Below, one piece after another: positions 1 to 9,918 of a stretch of 64,000 nucleotides of DNA. The notes under the pieces were generated by a model. The model was not told the origin of the DNA. It ran no database searches and worked only from the letters and a program-made list of their open reading frames with translations. Position numbers and translations under genes: made by a program. The stretch's first letter is position 1. Every line of letters starts with the position of its first letter. The stretch comes from Polyangiaceae bacterium (lineage in GTDB: Bacteria > Myxococcota_A > Polyangia > Polyangiales > Polyangiaceae), in NCBI GenBank assembly GCA_965222375.1, contig CBDCTZ010000016.1, forward strand, positions 3,104,001-3,168,000. The letters are read 5' to 3'.

Positions 1-1
1 T

Positions 2-1177
2 GGTCTCGGCGATCGCTCGGCGTTCCCAAACCTCGAGCCGCGCAGCTATTTGAACCACGCGGCGATTTCGCCCGTGAGCACGTTGGTGCAAGACGCCGTG
101 CAGAGGGTGCTCGCGGACTATTCGCGACGGGGCGTGGCTGCGGTCTTCGACTGGGTGGAGCAGCGCCAGCGACTCAAGGCGCTCTTGGCGAGGCTGATCG
201 GCGCCCGGGAGTCCGAGGTTGCGTTGTCTCCCAGCACGACTCGGGGCCTGTCGGACATTGCCCAGTGTTTTCCTTGGCAACCTGGGGATCGGGTCGTGCT
301 TTTCGAGGGGGAGTTCCCCGCGAACGTCACGCCCTGGCAACGCGTCGCCGCCGCTCGGCAGCTCGAAACGGTGCTGCTTCCGGCGGATGGCTTCCGCACG
401 GATCCCGACGAAACCTGGAATGCCTTTGTAGAGCAGCTGGATCGGGGCGTGCGCTTGGTGGCGGTCAGCGCGGTGCAGTTCCAGACGGGCTTTCGCATGC
501 CAGTGCGCCGCATGGCTGAGGCGTGTCATCAGCGCGGGGCGCAAATCTGCGTGGACGCGATCCAGGCGCTGGGCGTCGTTCCCACGGACGTGAAAGCCGA
601 GGGCGTCGACTATTTGGCTTGCGGCAGTCAGAAGTGGCTGATGGGCATGGAGGGTCTCGGCTTCGTTTACGTCGCCCCCGAGCGTGTGCGCGAGTTGCAG
701 CCGGTCGTCGCCGGCTGGCTCAGCCACGAGGAGCCGCTGTCGTTCTTGTTCGAGGGCCCGGGCAAGCTGCGCTACGACCGTGCAATTCGAACCAGCACGG
801 ACTTCTTGGAGGGCAGCGCGACCAACGTCATGGGCGGCGCCGCTCTGGAAGCATCCGTTTCCGCGATCGCGCTGCTTGGGCCGGCCGAGATTTTCGCTCA
901 CGTACAGAGGCTGTTGGACGTGCTGGAAGCAGGCTTGCTGTCCCTCGGTTTTTCGAGCCGTCGCTCCGGCGCGCGTGAAGAGCGTTCGGGGATTCTCTCT
1001 CTGGAGCCGCCGCCAGGCGTAGATGTGGTGCGGCTGCACGAGCAGCTCATGCAGGCGGGCGTATCCTGCACCCTGCCCGATGGCCTGCTGCGCTTTTCCC
1101 CCCACTGGCCCAACGCATTGGACGAAGCACCCTTCGTGATCGATTCGGTGCGGGCGGCGCTCGAAGCCCTGGGCTGA
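2..1177 (+). CDS. Aminotransferase class V PLP enzyme (cysteine desulfurase/selenocysteine lyase-like); 5' end probably outside window
   Basis: YLNHAA motif, DAIQ and PLP lysine motif GSQKWL; frame is open from base 2, so the real start is likely upstream of the ORF-track start at 50. Confidence 0.85.
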   Translation, partial: GLGDRSAFPNLEPRSYLNHAAISPVSTLVQDAVQRVLADYSRRGVAAVFDWVEQRQRLKALLARLIGARESEVALSPSTTRGLSDIAQCFPWQPGDRVVLFEGEFPANVTPWQRVAAARQLETVLLPADGFRTDPDETWNAFVEQLDRGVRLVAVSAVQFQTGFRMPVRRMAEACHQRGAQICVDAIQALGVVPTDVKAEGVDYLACGSQKWLMGMEGLGFVYVAPERVRELQPVVAGWLSHEEPLSFLFEGPGKLRYDRAIRTSTDFLEGSATNVMGGAALEASVSAIALLGPAEIFAHVQRLLDVLEAGLLSLGFSSRRSGAREERSGILSLEPPPGVDVVRLHEQLMQAGVSCTLPDGLLRFSPHWPNALDEAPFVIDSVRAALEALG

Positions 1178-1204
1178 GCTGCAGCGCCGGTCTGGACACG
1201 AGCT

Positions 1205-2053
1205 TCAATCTCGAGCCTTCAGCATGGCTGCATAGCCGTCGCGGAACGTCGGGTATTCAAGGCTGTACCCGCTGGCTTTCAGGCGCTGGTTGCAGCAGCG
1301 CTTGTTGCTTCCACTGCGTCGCGGCTTGGCGGGCTCCGTCGCGACCCGGGCAGCCGGTGCAGAAAGCAACGTGGCGAGATACTCGAGTACTACGCGACGA
1401 TCCGCCGGCTCGTCATCCACGCCCAGGTAGAGCCTCGCTGGCGAAGCCATGAGGCCCAGGTGTTGCAGCGCACCTGCGCAATCATCGCGATGGATCCGAT
1501 TGGTGTAGCGCGGTGGGCCTTCGCGATATGTTGCTCGCCCCTCACGCACGCTCGAAAGCAACGACTCCCGGCCCGGTCCGTAGATCCCCGCGAGGCGCAG
1601 CACCACGTGCGGCAGCCCGGAGTTCTCCAGCGCAGTCTCGGCGCGGAGTAGCAGTGTGCCGCTGAAGTGGGTCGGCGCAGTCTCGCTGTCTTCGTCGACC
1701 CACTGGCCGTCCGCTTGCGCGTACACCGCTGTACTGGATGTGAACACCACGCGTGGCCGCATCCGCTTCTGCGAGAGCGCTGCGACCAGGGTTTGCAGTC
1801 CCGTCACATAGGCTGCGGCATAGGCCCGTTCGCTGCTGTCGTCCGCTGCCGTCGTGTAGAACACCACGTCCAGGTCTCCAGGCAGGGAGTGCAGGGTCTG
1901 CTCCTGGGTCAAGTCGGCGCTGATGGCGTGGACCGGCTCCGGCAGGAGGTTCCCGCGCCGGCGCAAGCCCCACACCTCGTGACCGGCGCGGGCGAGGCGT
2001 AAGGCCAGCGCAGTGCCCACGTAGCCACACCCCGCAACCAGCACGCGACTCAC
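1205..2053 (-). CDS. NAD-dependent epimerase/dehydratase (atypical SDR, YeeZ-like)
   Basis: VLVAGCGYVG Rossmann motif, SSTAVY, LRLAGIYGPGR, NRIHRDD; GTG start at 2053 avoids overlap with the divergent gene. Confidence 0.85.
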   Translation of the reverse strand: MSRVLVAGCGYVGTALALRLARAGHEVWGLRRRGNLLPEPVHAISADLTQEQTLHSLPGDLDVVFYTTAADDSSERAYAAAYVTGLQTLVAALSQKRMRPRVVFTSSTAVYAQADGQWVDEDSETAPTHFSGTLLLRAETALENSGLPHVVLRLAGIYGPGRESLLSSVREGRATYREGPPRYTNRIHRDDCAGALQHLGLMASPARLYLGVDDEPADRRVVLEYLATLLSAPAARVATEPAKPRRSGSNKRCCNQRLKASGYSLEYPTFRDGYAAMLKARD

Positions 2054-2102
2054 GCCGCAACAATACACTACTATCGACAGCGCGCCGGGGCCCCAAGCGT
2101 GT

Positions 2103-2921
2103 ATGCTCGGCGTCGAGCGCATGGTGTGGATTGCCCCGAACGTTCGGAAGCGGTTGAAGCAGCTCGAGCTGTCCTTCAATCGGGATGGCATCGACCCTTA
2201 TGGGGTCTCGGCAAAAGACGTGGGGCGCTTCATGTCCTTGTTGTCGGTGTTCTATCACCGCTACTTCCGCTGCAGCGTGCACGGCATCGAACACGTCCCC
2301 CGCCATGGCCGCGCCATGTTGGTGTGCAACCACTCGGGCGGCTTCGCTATCGACGCCGGCATGTTGATCGCCGCCTGCTTCTTCGAAATCGATCCACCTC
2401 GCTTGGCCCAGGGCATGGTGGAGAAATTCCTGGCGCGCCAACCCTTCGCCGGGATGATGCTGCAGCGCGCAGGCCAGTTCACGGGTCTGCCTCAGCACTG
2501 CGTGCGCTTGTTGAACGACGAGCGGCTCTTGATGGTATTCCCGGAGGGCGCACGCGGCACAGCCAAGCTGTTCACCGAACGCTATAGCTTGGTGCGTTTC
2601 GGAACTGGCTTCATGCGCTTGGCTCTTGCCACCAACACTCCCATCATTCCTGTCGCCTACCTGGGCGGCGGTGAAGCCGTGCCCACGGTCATGAACCTGG
2701 AACGTCTGGGCAAACTTCTGGGCGCCCCATACATTCCGGTGACTCCTTATGGCTTGCCCATGCCTCTGCCCGTTCATACGGAGCTGCACTTCGGAGAGCC
2801 GGTGCTGCCCTCCGGAACCGGCAACGAAGAAGACGCCGACATCCTGGTCAAAGTCGACGACGTCAAGCGTCGCATAGCGGACCTGATCGACCGCGGTCGC
2901 CGCACCTACGAGCCAACCTGA
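2103..2921 (+). CDS. Lysophospholipid acyltransferase (PlsC/DGAT-like family)
   Basis: CNHSGG..D catalytic motif, FPEGARG, GFMRLAL, PIIPV. Confidence 0.85.
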   Translation: MLGVERMVWIAPNVRKRLKQLELSFNRDGIDPYGVSAKDVGRFMSLLSVFYHRYFRCSVHGIEHVPRHGRAMLVCNHSGGFAIDAGMLIAACFFEIDPPRLAQGMVEKFLARQPFAGMMLQRAGQFTGLPQHCVRLLNDERLLMVFPEGARGTAKLFTERYSLVRFGTGFMRLALATNTPIIPVAYLGGGEAVPTVMNLERLGKLLGAPYIPVTPYGLPMPLPVHTELHFGEPVLPSGTGNEEDADILVKVDDVKRRIADLIDRGRRTYEPT

Positions 2922-3856
2922 TGCGGGGCAGAGAGATGCGAGTACTGATCACAGGCATATCCGGCAAAGTGGGCCAGCAGGTCGCGGCTCTGCTGTTGAA
3001 GCACGGACACGAGGTCCTGGGCATCGACCGCCGGGCGTGGCGCGGCGCCCCTGAAGAGATCCGCATCCACGAGGCGGACATTCGAAAGCGCGCTGCGGAA
3101 GACGTATTCCGCAAAGAGCGACCCGAAGCCGTGATCCACATGGCCACGGTCACGCACCTCACTGCCCAGAGTGAAGATCGCTACCGCATCAACTTGGGTG
3201 GAACCAAAGCGGTCTTCGACTACTGCCACCGCCACGGTGTGAAGCACGCAGTGTTCGCTGGGCGTCACACCTATTATGGCGCGGCCGCGGATTCGGTGCT
3301 GTACCACACCGAAGACGAGCCTCCTTTGGCCTTGGAGACGTTCCCCGAGTTGGCCGATCTGGTTGCCGCAGATCTATTCGCCGGAACGGCCCTGTGGCGT
3401 TACCCGGATATCAGCACGGCCGTCTTGCGGATCGTCTACACCATGGGGCCGAGCAAGTCGGGCACTCTCGCGGCGTTCTTGCGCGGACCCCACGTGCCCA
3501 CGGTGATGGGGCACGACCCGCTATTCCAGTTCATGCATGAGGCCGACGTCGCCCGGGCCCTGGTGCTGGCGCTCGAGAAACAAGTGCGTGGCGTCTACAA
3601 CGTGGCCGGCCCCCAGCCCATGCCGCTGTCGTCGATCATTCGCCACGTCGGGCACCAGCCCGTTGCGGTGCCGGAGCTACTTTTCCGCATGGTGATGGGC
3701 CGCTTTGGCCTGCCCAAGTTGCCGCCGGGTGCCCTGAGTCACATCAAGCACCCGGTCGTCGTGGACTCCAGCGCTTTCAAGGAAAAAACGGGCTTCAAGC
3801 ACGAGCGGGACGAGTACGAAACGCTGGAAGATTTCCGGGCCGCACTGCGCGCGTGA
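2921..3856 (+). CDS. NAD-dependent epimerase/dehydratase family protein
   Basis: [31 protein letters not shown]; coupled to the acyltransferase. Confidence 0.85.
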   Translation: MRGREMRVLITGISGKVGQQVAALLLKHGHEVLGIDRRAWRGAPEEIRIHEADIRKRAAEDVFRKERPEAVIHMATVTHLTAQSEDRYRINLGGTKAVFDYCHRHGVKHAVFAGRHTYYGAAADSVLYHTEDEPPLALETFPELADLVAADLFAGTALWRYPDISTAVLRIVYTMGPSKSGTLAAFLRGPHVPTVMGHDPLFQFMHEADVARALVLALEKQVRGVYNVAGPQPMPLSSIIRHVGHQPVAVPELLFRMVMGRFGLPKLPPGALSHIKHPVVVDSSAFKEKTGFKHERDEYETLEDFRAALRA

Positions 3857-3875
3857 CCCAATCCTCGGCGTTGTT

Positions 3876-4140
3876 TTTGGGGTCGGGGCATTGTGGCGGC
3901 CTTGGGCCACCAGGCAGAAATAGAAGGGCTCGCTGGCGCCATCGCGGCCTCGACCTCTCTGCCACCATCCAGCAGTATGGCGCGTTTCCTTCGATGTGGG
4001 TCCGGCGAAGCCGGGTGGGTAACTACTCTCTCATTGGGCCACGCGGGTCGGTTGGTCCGTCCAGGGTGCGAAAGGCGCCGGCGCGTGCACCAGTTCGAGA
4101 TTAGCGCAGCAGTGACGCCCCAGGCCCGCGACCCCAAACC
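3876..4140. repeat. Inverted pair of dispersed bipartite repeat (TTTGGGGTCG...CGACCCCAAA) bracketing ~265 bp of hairpin-rich non-coding DNA
   Basis: TTTGGGGTCG at 3876-3885 and CGACCCCAAACC at 4129-4140; core variants GGGTAACTACTCTC (4017-4030) and CGAGATTAGCG (4096-4106). Confidence 0.65.
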
Positions 4141-4180
4141 CCACCCATGACGCCGGACGCCAAATGCTAAACTCCTTGGC

Positions 4181-5380
4181 ATGTGTGCGTTGACTAAGAT
4201 CGCTCTCGGGTTGGCCTGTTTGCAACTCGGGGCTTGCGGTGATTCTGAGGACTCGCCTGCACCTGGAGCAAAGGCGCAAACCTTGGACTTCAGTTTTGAA
4301 GCTAGTGTGGGCGTGGGTGAGGAGATCCAAAAGTGCAAGTTCGTGCAGCTGCCCAAGGACGAGGGCGAAATCGCCGTTGGGCGCGTGTTTCACAACTACT
4401 CACCGGGTAGCCACCATTTCTTGGTCTACCGCACACAGCTGACGGAGATCCCGTCCGGAGGCGACGTCTTTGTCGATTGCGACGAGAGCGACTGGATGAG
4501 CAACGTGCGAGGCGTGATCTACGCCGCCCAAGAGACCGACGGCGAGTTCGCCATGCCCAAGGGTGTGGGGCAGAGGTTTTCTCCTGGTGAGGTGATGCTG
4601 GTTCAGACCCACTACTTGAATACGACTAGTGTTGCATTGGACGCCAAGATCGATCTCCGCATGGAACTGCTCGACGTTGCAGATGTGGAGCAAGAGGCGG
4701 GGGTGCTCTTCTTCTACAACCCAGCCATCAGTCTAGGCCCCGCGGCGAAGGGCAGCGCCGAGCTCACCTGTCCCGTGCCTTCGGACTTGAACCTCGCTTT
4801 TGCGGCGTCCCACATGCACAAGCGGGGCACCTATTTCCGCGCTGACACGACGGATGCCTCGGCCGCTGCAGCCCTTGGTCCGCTGTATGAATCCACCGAG
4901 TGGGAGGAGCCGGTTCCCCGCGTGTTCCCTCTCGATCCGCCAGCGATGCTTCCGAAGGGAAGCTCGATTCGCTACCGCTGCGACTTCCAGAACCCGGACG
5001 CAACCCCGGTCGTGTCCGGCCCGAGCGCGGATACCAACGAGATGTGCATGTTCGTCGCCATGTACTGGCCCAAGGTGGACGAGCAGACGGAGTTTTGCCG
5101 TGCCGGCAAGACAACCAGTAGCGGAACCGCGTCCTCCATCGACACCTTCAAGTGCCTCGTGGCCTGCGGGAGTAGTGCAAAGAACCCAGCGTGCTCGAGT
5201 TCGTGCTGGGAAAACGCGTGCCCGGGTGCGCCCATGCCCATCCTGGACCTCGCCTTCTGCTTGCAAAACAGCTGCGGCCTCGAGTGCGCCGTGGATCCTC
5301 TCGGGCAGCCCTGCAAGTCATGCACGGCGAAAACCTGCCCCGATGCCTACGATCGCTTCGCGACAGCGAGCTGCAACTGA
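4181..5380 (+). CDS. Secreted lipoprotein with copper type II ascorbate-dependent monooxygenase (PHM/DBH-like) domain and Cys-rich tail
   Basis: Lipobox LGAC; SHHF, QTHY, SHMH and NEMC motifs match the CuH/CuM ligand pattern. Confidence 0.75.
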   Translation: MCALTKIALGLACLQLGACGDSEDSPAPGAKAQTLDFSFEASVGVGEEIQKCKFVQLPKDEGEIAVGRVFHNYSPGSHHFLVYRTQLTEIPSGGDVFVDCDESDWMSNVRGVIYAAQETDGEFAMPKGVGQRFSPGEVMLVQTHYLNTTSVALDAKIDLRMELLDVADVEQEAGVLFFYNPAISLGPAAKGSAELTCPVPSDLNLAFAASHMHKRGTYFRADTTDASAAAALGPLYESTEWEEPVPRVFPLDPPAMLPKGSSIRYRCDFQNPDATPVVSGPSADTNEMCMFVAMYWPKVDEQTEFCRAGKTTSSGTASSIDTFKCLVACGSSAKNPACSSSCWENACPGAPMPILDLAFCLQNSCGLECAVDPLGQPCKSCTAKTCPDAYDRFATASCN

Positions 5381-5457
5381 GCGTGTCGCACCTTTGCATA
5401 CATTAGGCGCGTTTGCGCAGTCTTGAGCGCGCGGCTCGGCAACGTCATGCTTAGTTC

Positions 5458-6654
5458 ATGCGTTGGCTTTGGATCGCTCCAGCCGCTGTGGTGGCGTTCG
5501 CTTGCAGTGCTGGAGACGGCGGCGGCGAAATTGCCGGCGGTGGCGCGATCGGCGCCGGCGCCAATGCAGGTAGCGCCGGTGTAGGTGCCGGTGCGGGAGC
5601 TGGAGGCAGTGCGGCCAAAGGTGGCAGTGCGGGCAATGACGCCTCGACGGGATCTGGAGGCAGCAGTGCGAGCTCCGGCTTCGGTGGCGCGGACGCGGGA
5701 TTCCCCGACGTCAACTTCTACTACGACGCACCCGTGATTCAGCCCGAGGCCTGCGCGTCGACGATCGTCGAGGGCAAGCTCACGCCGTTGGATCTCTACT
5801 TCATGCTGGATACGTCCGGCTCGATGGGATCGAAAATGTCTGCGCTGAGGGGTGGCGTGGTCAACTTCGCCAACGGCGCGGGAGCGGCCGGGATCTTCGT
5901 GACTGGCCAGCGCTTCCCAATTGGTGGCTTCAACGAAACCTGCGCGTCGAATGCCTATGCTACGCCAGCAGTGCCCTGGGGCGCGCTTCCGTACGGAGCC
6001 TTCACGAGTTGGGTGAATGGCTTGAACGCCACGGGCTACACGCCGAGCGTTCCCGCCCTTCAGGGCGCCGTGGACGCTTGCAAGGCGCGCATCGCGGCCC
6101 AACCCACCCACAAGTGCGTCGTCGTGTTCGTGACGGATGGCAACCCCGAAGGCAACTGCGCACCCACCGGCAGCTCGGCTCAAACCCCCTTGGGCAACAT
6201 CGCTGCCGGTGCCTTCGCAGTGGGCATTCCGGTGTTCGCCATCGGCTTCCCGGGCTTGCCGCCCCTCGGGCAAGGCATCATCAACCATGTGGCCCAGCAG
6301 GGCGGCACCAGCAGCGCTTTCATTATCAGTGGCAACAACATCGGCGCGCAATTCACGACCCAGTTGCAAGCGATTCAGAACAAGACCCTGGGCTGCGAAT
6401 ACGTGATGCCCACCACGACCAAGGGCGTGATCGATCCCAACAAGGTCACGGTCACCTTCACTCCGGGCGCCGGCGGCAGCCCCCAGACCATCGGGCGGGT
6501 GGCCAATGCGGCGGCGTGCGGTCCAAACGGCGGCTGGTACTACGACAACCCTGCGGCGCCCAAGCTGATCAAGCTTTGCCCAACGACCTGCACAGCGGTG
6601 CAAGCGGACTCCAAGGCCAAGGTTGAAATCAACCTCGGCTGCTTGGGCTCCTGA
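5458..6654 (+). CDS. vWA-domain lipoprotein with Gly/Ser-rich linker
   Basis: Lipobox AFAC, MIDAS DTSGSM and VTDG, C-terminal GGWYYDNP..IKLCP..C module. Confidence 0.8.
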   Translation: MRWLWIAPAAVVAFACSAGDGGGEIAGGGAIGAGANAGSAGVGAGAGAGGSAAKGGSAGNDASTGSGGSSASSGFGGADAGFPDVNFYYDAPVIQPEACASTIVEGKLTPLDLYFMLDTSGSMGSKMSALRGGVVNFANGAGAAGIFVTGQRFPIGGFNETCASNAYATPAVPWGALPYGAFTSWVNGLNATGYTPSVPALQGAVDACKARIAAQPTHKCVVVFVTDGNPEGNCAPTGSSAQTPLGNIAAGAFAVGIPVFAIGFPGLPPLGQGIINHVAQQGGTSSAFIISGNNIGAQFTTQLQAIQNKTLGCEYVMPTTTKGVIDPNKVTVTFTPGAGGSPQTIGRVANAAACGPNGGWYYDNPAAPKLIKLCPTTCTAVQADSKAKVEINLGCLGS

Positions 6655-6677
6655 GCGCCGCCCCCGCTACGATGCGC

Positions 6678-8192
6678 TCATGCAGCGGCTCGGGCGAGCT
6701 GCATGCGCTCGGCGATTTGAGTCGCCAGCGCCATGATCGTGATCTGCGGATTCACGCCGATGGCGGTAGGAAACAGGCTGGCGTCCGAGACGTAGCAACC
6801 CGGCAAGTCCCAAACCTGGCCATCTAGGCCAACCACTGAGTTTTCGGGTCGGGAGCCCATGCGCGCGGTGCCCATCAAGTGTGGAGTGAACAATTCGAGG
6901 GTCGAGGGGCTGGTTTGGAGCTCATCGATCTTCTTCAGATCGTCCATGTTTCGGGCCATGGGCTGATTGAAGAACGGCAGCAAGATGCTCTCGGCCCCGA
7001 GGGCGAAATGCATTTCCGCGAGCAGCTTCACTCCGCGCAAGAAGCGCTGATGATCCAAGGGTTGGATGTCGTAGCGAACCAAAGGCATGTCCATGGGTCC
7101 CCGGCGCACGCTGCCCGTCGAGGAATCCTCCACCAGCACTCCGCTCACCACCATTTGGTTGTAGCGCTGCATCAGTTCGAAGGCCCGAGCTCCGTGGAAA
7201 GGCAGATAGGCGGCGATCACTCCCGGCGCGACGAAGTTTTCCGCCATCAGAATGCCGTCTTCGTGGAAGTGACGGATCTGCGTATTCTGACTGACCCCCT
7301 GCCAACCACGTACGTCATGGGGATAGATCGCGAGTACCTTGGCGTTGGGGTGGCACAAGAAGTTCTTGCCCAATAGCTTGCTGGGTCGACCCAAGCGATG
7401 GCGCTGCAGGAGCCATGGCGTCTGCACGGCGCCGCAGGACACGATGACTGCTCGTGCGTGGACTACGACTCGCCGACCCGGGCGCCGGGTGACCGGGTGA
7501 ACGCTCCGGCCTTCGATTCCCACTGCGCGTCCGCGCTTGATCAGCAGGCGATCGACCCGGACTTCAGTCAGACAGTCTGCCCCGGCTCGGAACGCCCGAG
7601 GCAGGTAGCTCACCAAGGTGGATTGTTTGGCACCCGTTGGGCAACCCAAGGCGCAGTTGTTTGCGCCGACGCAGGCTGACTGGTTGCGCTGGTTGACGGT
7701 GTACTCCCAGCCCATCTTTTCCGCGCCTCGGCGCATGATGCGGCTGTCTTCGCCGACGCTCTGCGGGTGCTGCTGGGCGACGGAGACATTCCTTTCCACC
7801 TTTTGGTAGAGGCGATCCATCGCTTTGGGGCCCAGCTCCGGGGCGTTCATGCTCTTGGCCCAGCTTTCCAGCACGCGGGTGGGCGTGCGGTACGCCATGC
7901 CGCCGTTGATGACCGTGCTGCCACCCACCGCGCGGCCTTCTACGTAGGGGATGGGCGGGTTCCCCAGGATGATCGTTGCTGCGGCGTCACGGTACAGCCG
8001 GGGGATGCTCTCGGTCGTGTATGGGTTGAAGCTCTCGGTTGGCGTGTAGCTGCCTTCTTCCACGAAGAGCACATCGACGCCGGCTTCTGCGAGTTCCGTA
8101 CCCACAGCCGCGCCCCCCGCGCCGGTGCCCACGACGACGACGTCTACGGAAAACTCGTGGCTCTTTTCGTAGTCTGCGTGTGAGTAGATCAT
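6678..8192 (-). CDS. GMC family FAD-dependent oxidoreductase
   Basis: VVVVGTGAGG FAD motif, GGSTVING, C...NNC..GCP, HLMGTARMG, GVNPQ; start moved to MIYSH at 8192. Confidence 0.9.
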   Translation of the reverse strand: MIYSHADYEKSHEFSVDVVVVGTGAGGAAVGTELAEAGVDVLFVEEGSYTPTESFNPYTTESIPRLYRDAAATIILGNPPIPYVEGRAVGGSTVINGGMAYRTPTRVLESWAKSMNAPELGPKAMDRLYQKVERNVSVAQQHPQSVGEDSRIMRRGAEKMGWEYTVNQRNQSACVGANNCALGCPTGAKQSTLVSYLPRAFRAGADCLTEVRVDRLLIKRGRAVGIEGRSVHPVTRRPGRRVVVHARAVIVSCGAVQTPWLLQRHRLGRPSKLLGKNFLCHPNAKVLAIYPHDVRGWQGVSQNTQIRHFHEDGILMAENFVAPGVIAAYLPFHGARAFELMQRYNQMVVSGVLVEDSSTGSVRRGPMDMPLVRYDIQPLDHQRFLRGVKLLAEMHFALGAESILLPFFNQPMARNMDDLKKIDELQTSPSTLELFTPHLMGTARMGSRPENSVVGLDGQVWDLPGCYVSDASLFPTAIGVNPQITIMALATQIAERMQLARAAA

Positions 8193-8809
8193 GGCGCTGC
8201 CCCTTGGGCTGGTGGTGGAACCGACTCGGTCTGTTTGGGCAACGGCGGCTGGAGGGAAAGCCGAGAAGGCTCTTCCTCGAGTAGCCCGGCACGCAGTGCG
8301 ATGCGTTCCCGCATGAAGGCGACAGGTCGGTAGGCGATGGCTCGGTGCACCTCTTCCTGATCGAAGTAGGCGCTCATGACGACGCCCCGCAGGGCGACAA
8401 CGAGCAAGCGGAGGAAAGCGAAGCGCCCGTGCACCATTTCCGACAGCAGTGCAGAGGCTCGCTCGGGGCGCATCTTGTGCAGCCGGCGCGGTGCCACGAA
8501 GAGGAAGATGGGAGCGAAGTCCAATAGCAAGATGCTCAAGGACAGCCCACGTGCAGAGAGGGGCAGCATGTAGGGCATCCAGGAGCGCACGACATTCTCG
8601 ACCTCGTCGACCAGCTCTTTGGAGTTGGGCGCCGGGGGAGGGGGCATCATGCACTCGACCAAGAAGCGGAAGACCCGTCGCACATAGCGACCCATGGGGT
8701 AGGGCGCCGCTCGTTTCCAGCCATCCGTACTGCGTCGTGCCAATCGATTGGCAGGCACGAGGTTTGAAGTTGCACTACGGGTCTGGATGGGAGGGCGCTC
8801 AGGTTTCAT
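8189..8809 (-). CDS. Hypothetical protein, probable small partner subunit of the GMC oxidoreductase
   Basis: Overlaps the GMC start; C-terminal LRGVVMSAYFD..EV..AIAY motif is typical of such partners. Confidence 0.55.
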   Translation of the reverse strand: MKPERPPIQTRSATSNLVPANRLARRSTDGWKRAAPYPMGRYVRRVFRFLVECMMPPPPAPNSKELVDEVENVVRSWMPYMLPLSARGLSLSILLLDFAPIFLFVAPRRLHKMRPERASALLSEMVHGRFAFLRLLVVALRGVVMSAYFDQEEVHRAIAYRPVAFMRERIALRAGLLEEEPSRLSLQPPLPKQTESVPPPAQGAAP

Positions 8810-8811
8810 GG

Positions 8812-9600
8812 CTAGTCCGGTTGCTTGGGTTTCCTGTCGACTTTCTTTTGCTGCTTGTCGTGCTCGGTGCGATGCGCCAGCACGGCCTCCAAGGCCTTGA
8901 TGAACGCACCGTCCACGCGGCTGTAGTAGTCACGGGTCGCGTCGATGGCGCCCTGCTCATCGCCCTCCTCGAGGGCGGTGATGAACTCACGAAGGTGTTC
9001 CGGGAAGCTGGGTTCCAGCACCCAGAGTGCAGGAAAGCGATCGATGATCTCGCGATACGCCTCCAAGAATGGATTCGCGATCCATCGGATAGATACCGAG
9101 TGCCCTGCGTCGATGAGCGCATCGAGCCAACGCTGGAATCCATGTCCGACGACTTTGGGATCGCCGCGCTCGAAGGCTGCGATGAGCAAGTCCGTGATGT
9201 CCCGAAGCCGCTCGACGTCGGCTTTGTGTGCCCGCGCGATTGCAAGACGGGTCGCGAACTCGATCACGAGCAAGCGGGCAGGCAGGATGTCTTCGAGCAG
9301 GTGCACCACCTCGCTCAGATCTGGAGCGGCTTCGAGATAGGCCGGCAGTAGCTCCATGGTGCCGGACTTGCGAAAGTCGGCGACGGTGACGCCCTGACCG
9401 TGGCGTACTGTGACCAATCGCGACTGCTCCAACTTTCGCACCGCCTCGCGCAACGTGTTGCGGTTCGTGTTGTAGTGGGCGGCGAGTTCGCGTTCGCCGG
9501 GCAGACGATCCCCTGCTGGCAGTTCCCCGCGGAGGATCTGTCGGCGCAGCTCGCGAAAAATGTTCGCGGCGATATTGGAACCCGGTGCTGTCTCGTTCAT
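8812..9600 (-). CDS. GntR/FadR family transcriptional regulator
   Basis: GDRLPGERELA..NRNTLREA..G.GVTV winged HTH plus FCD-like C-terminus. Confidence 0.9.
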   Translation of the reverse strand: MNETAPGSNIAANIFRELRRQILRGELPAGDRLPGERELAAHYNTNRNTLREAVRKLEQSRLVTVRHGQGVTVADFRKSGTMELLPAYLEAAPDLSEVVHLLEDILPARLLVIEFATRLAIARAHKADVERLRDITDLLIAAFERGDPKVVGHGFQRWLDALIDAGHSVSIRWIANPFLEAYREIIDRFPALWVLEPSFPEHLREFITALEEGDEQGAIDATRDYYSRVDGAFIKALEAVLAHRTEHDKQQKKVDRKPKQPD

Positions 9601-9621
9601 TCGTTGCTTCCCCGTGCTGGG

Positions 9622-9665
9622 GACCAACTGGTTAAACCAATAATAGCTGGTTAAACCAGTTGGTC
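9622..9665. promoter_or_regulatory. Tandem FadR-type operator sites upstream of the GntR/FadR gene
   Basis: Two copies of CTGGTTAAACCA (9628-9639, 9647-9658) inside the inverted repeat GACCAACTGGTT/AACCAGTTGGTC; resembles the FadR consensus AACTGGTCnGACCAGTT. Confidence 0.75.
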
Positions 9666-9918
9666 AAGGCGCTTGTTCTACGAATTCAGACTGGTCGTCC
9701 ATTCGCGCCGGATTAGCGAGACAAAAATTCTCGAGCCTGGCCGCACCGGTTGACCAATCTCAGTTCAGGGCCACTCCTGTCGCACTTTCTCGGGGATTTT
9801 GGCGCGCCCCCGCGCACTTCCCCGCGCCTCAGTTCCCACCCCCATGCTGGGTGGGCACCCTGTATCGGCCAGTGCTCGGACTAATTTCTAAGAAACCCCG
9901 GCCAGCTGCGTTGTCCTG

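Noticed and set aside
3860..4160. SRP RNA, RNase P RNA or tmRNA
   Set aside because: Their conserved signature sequences were not found on either strand
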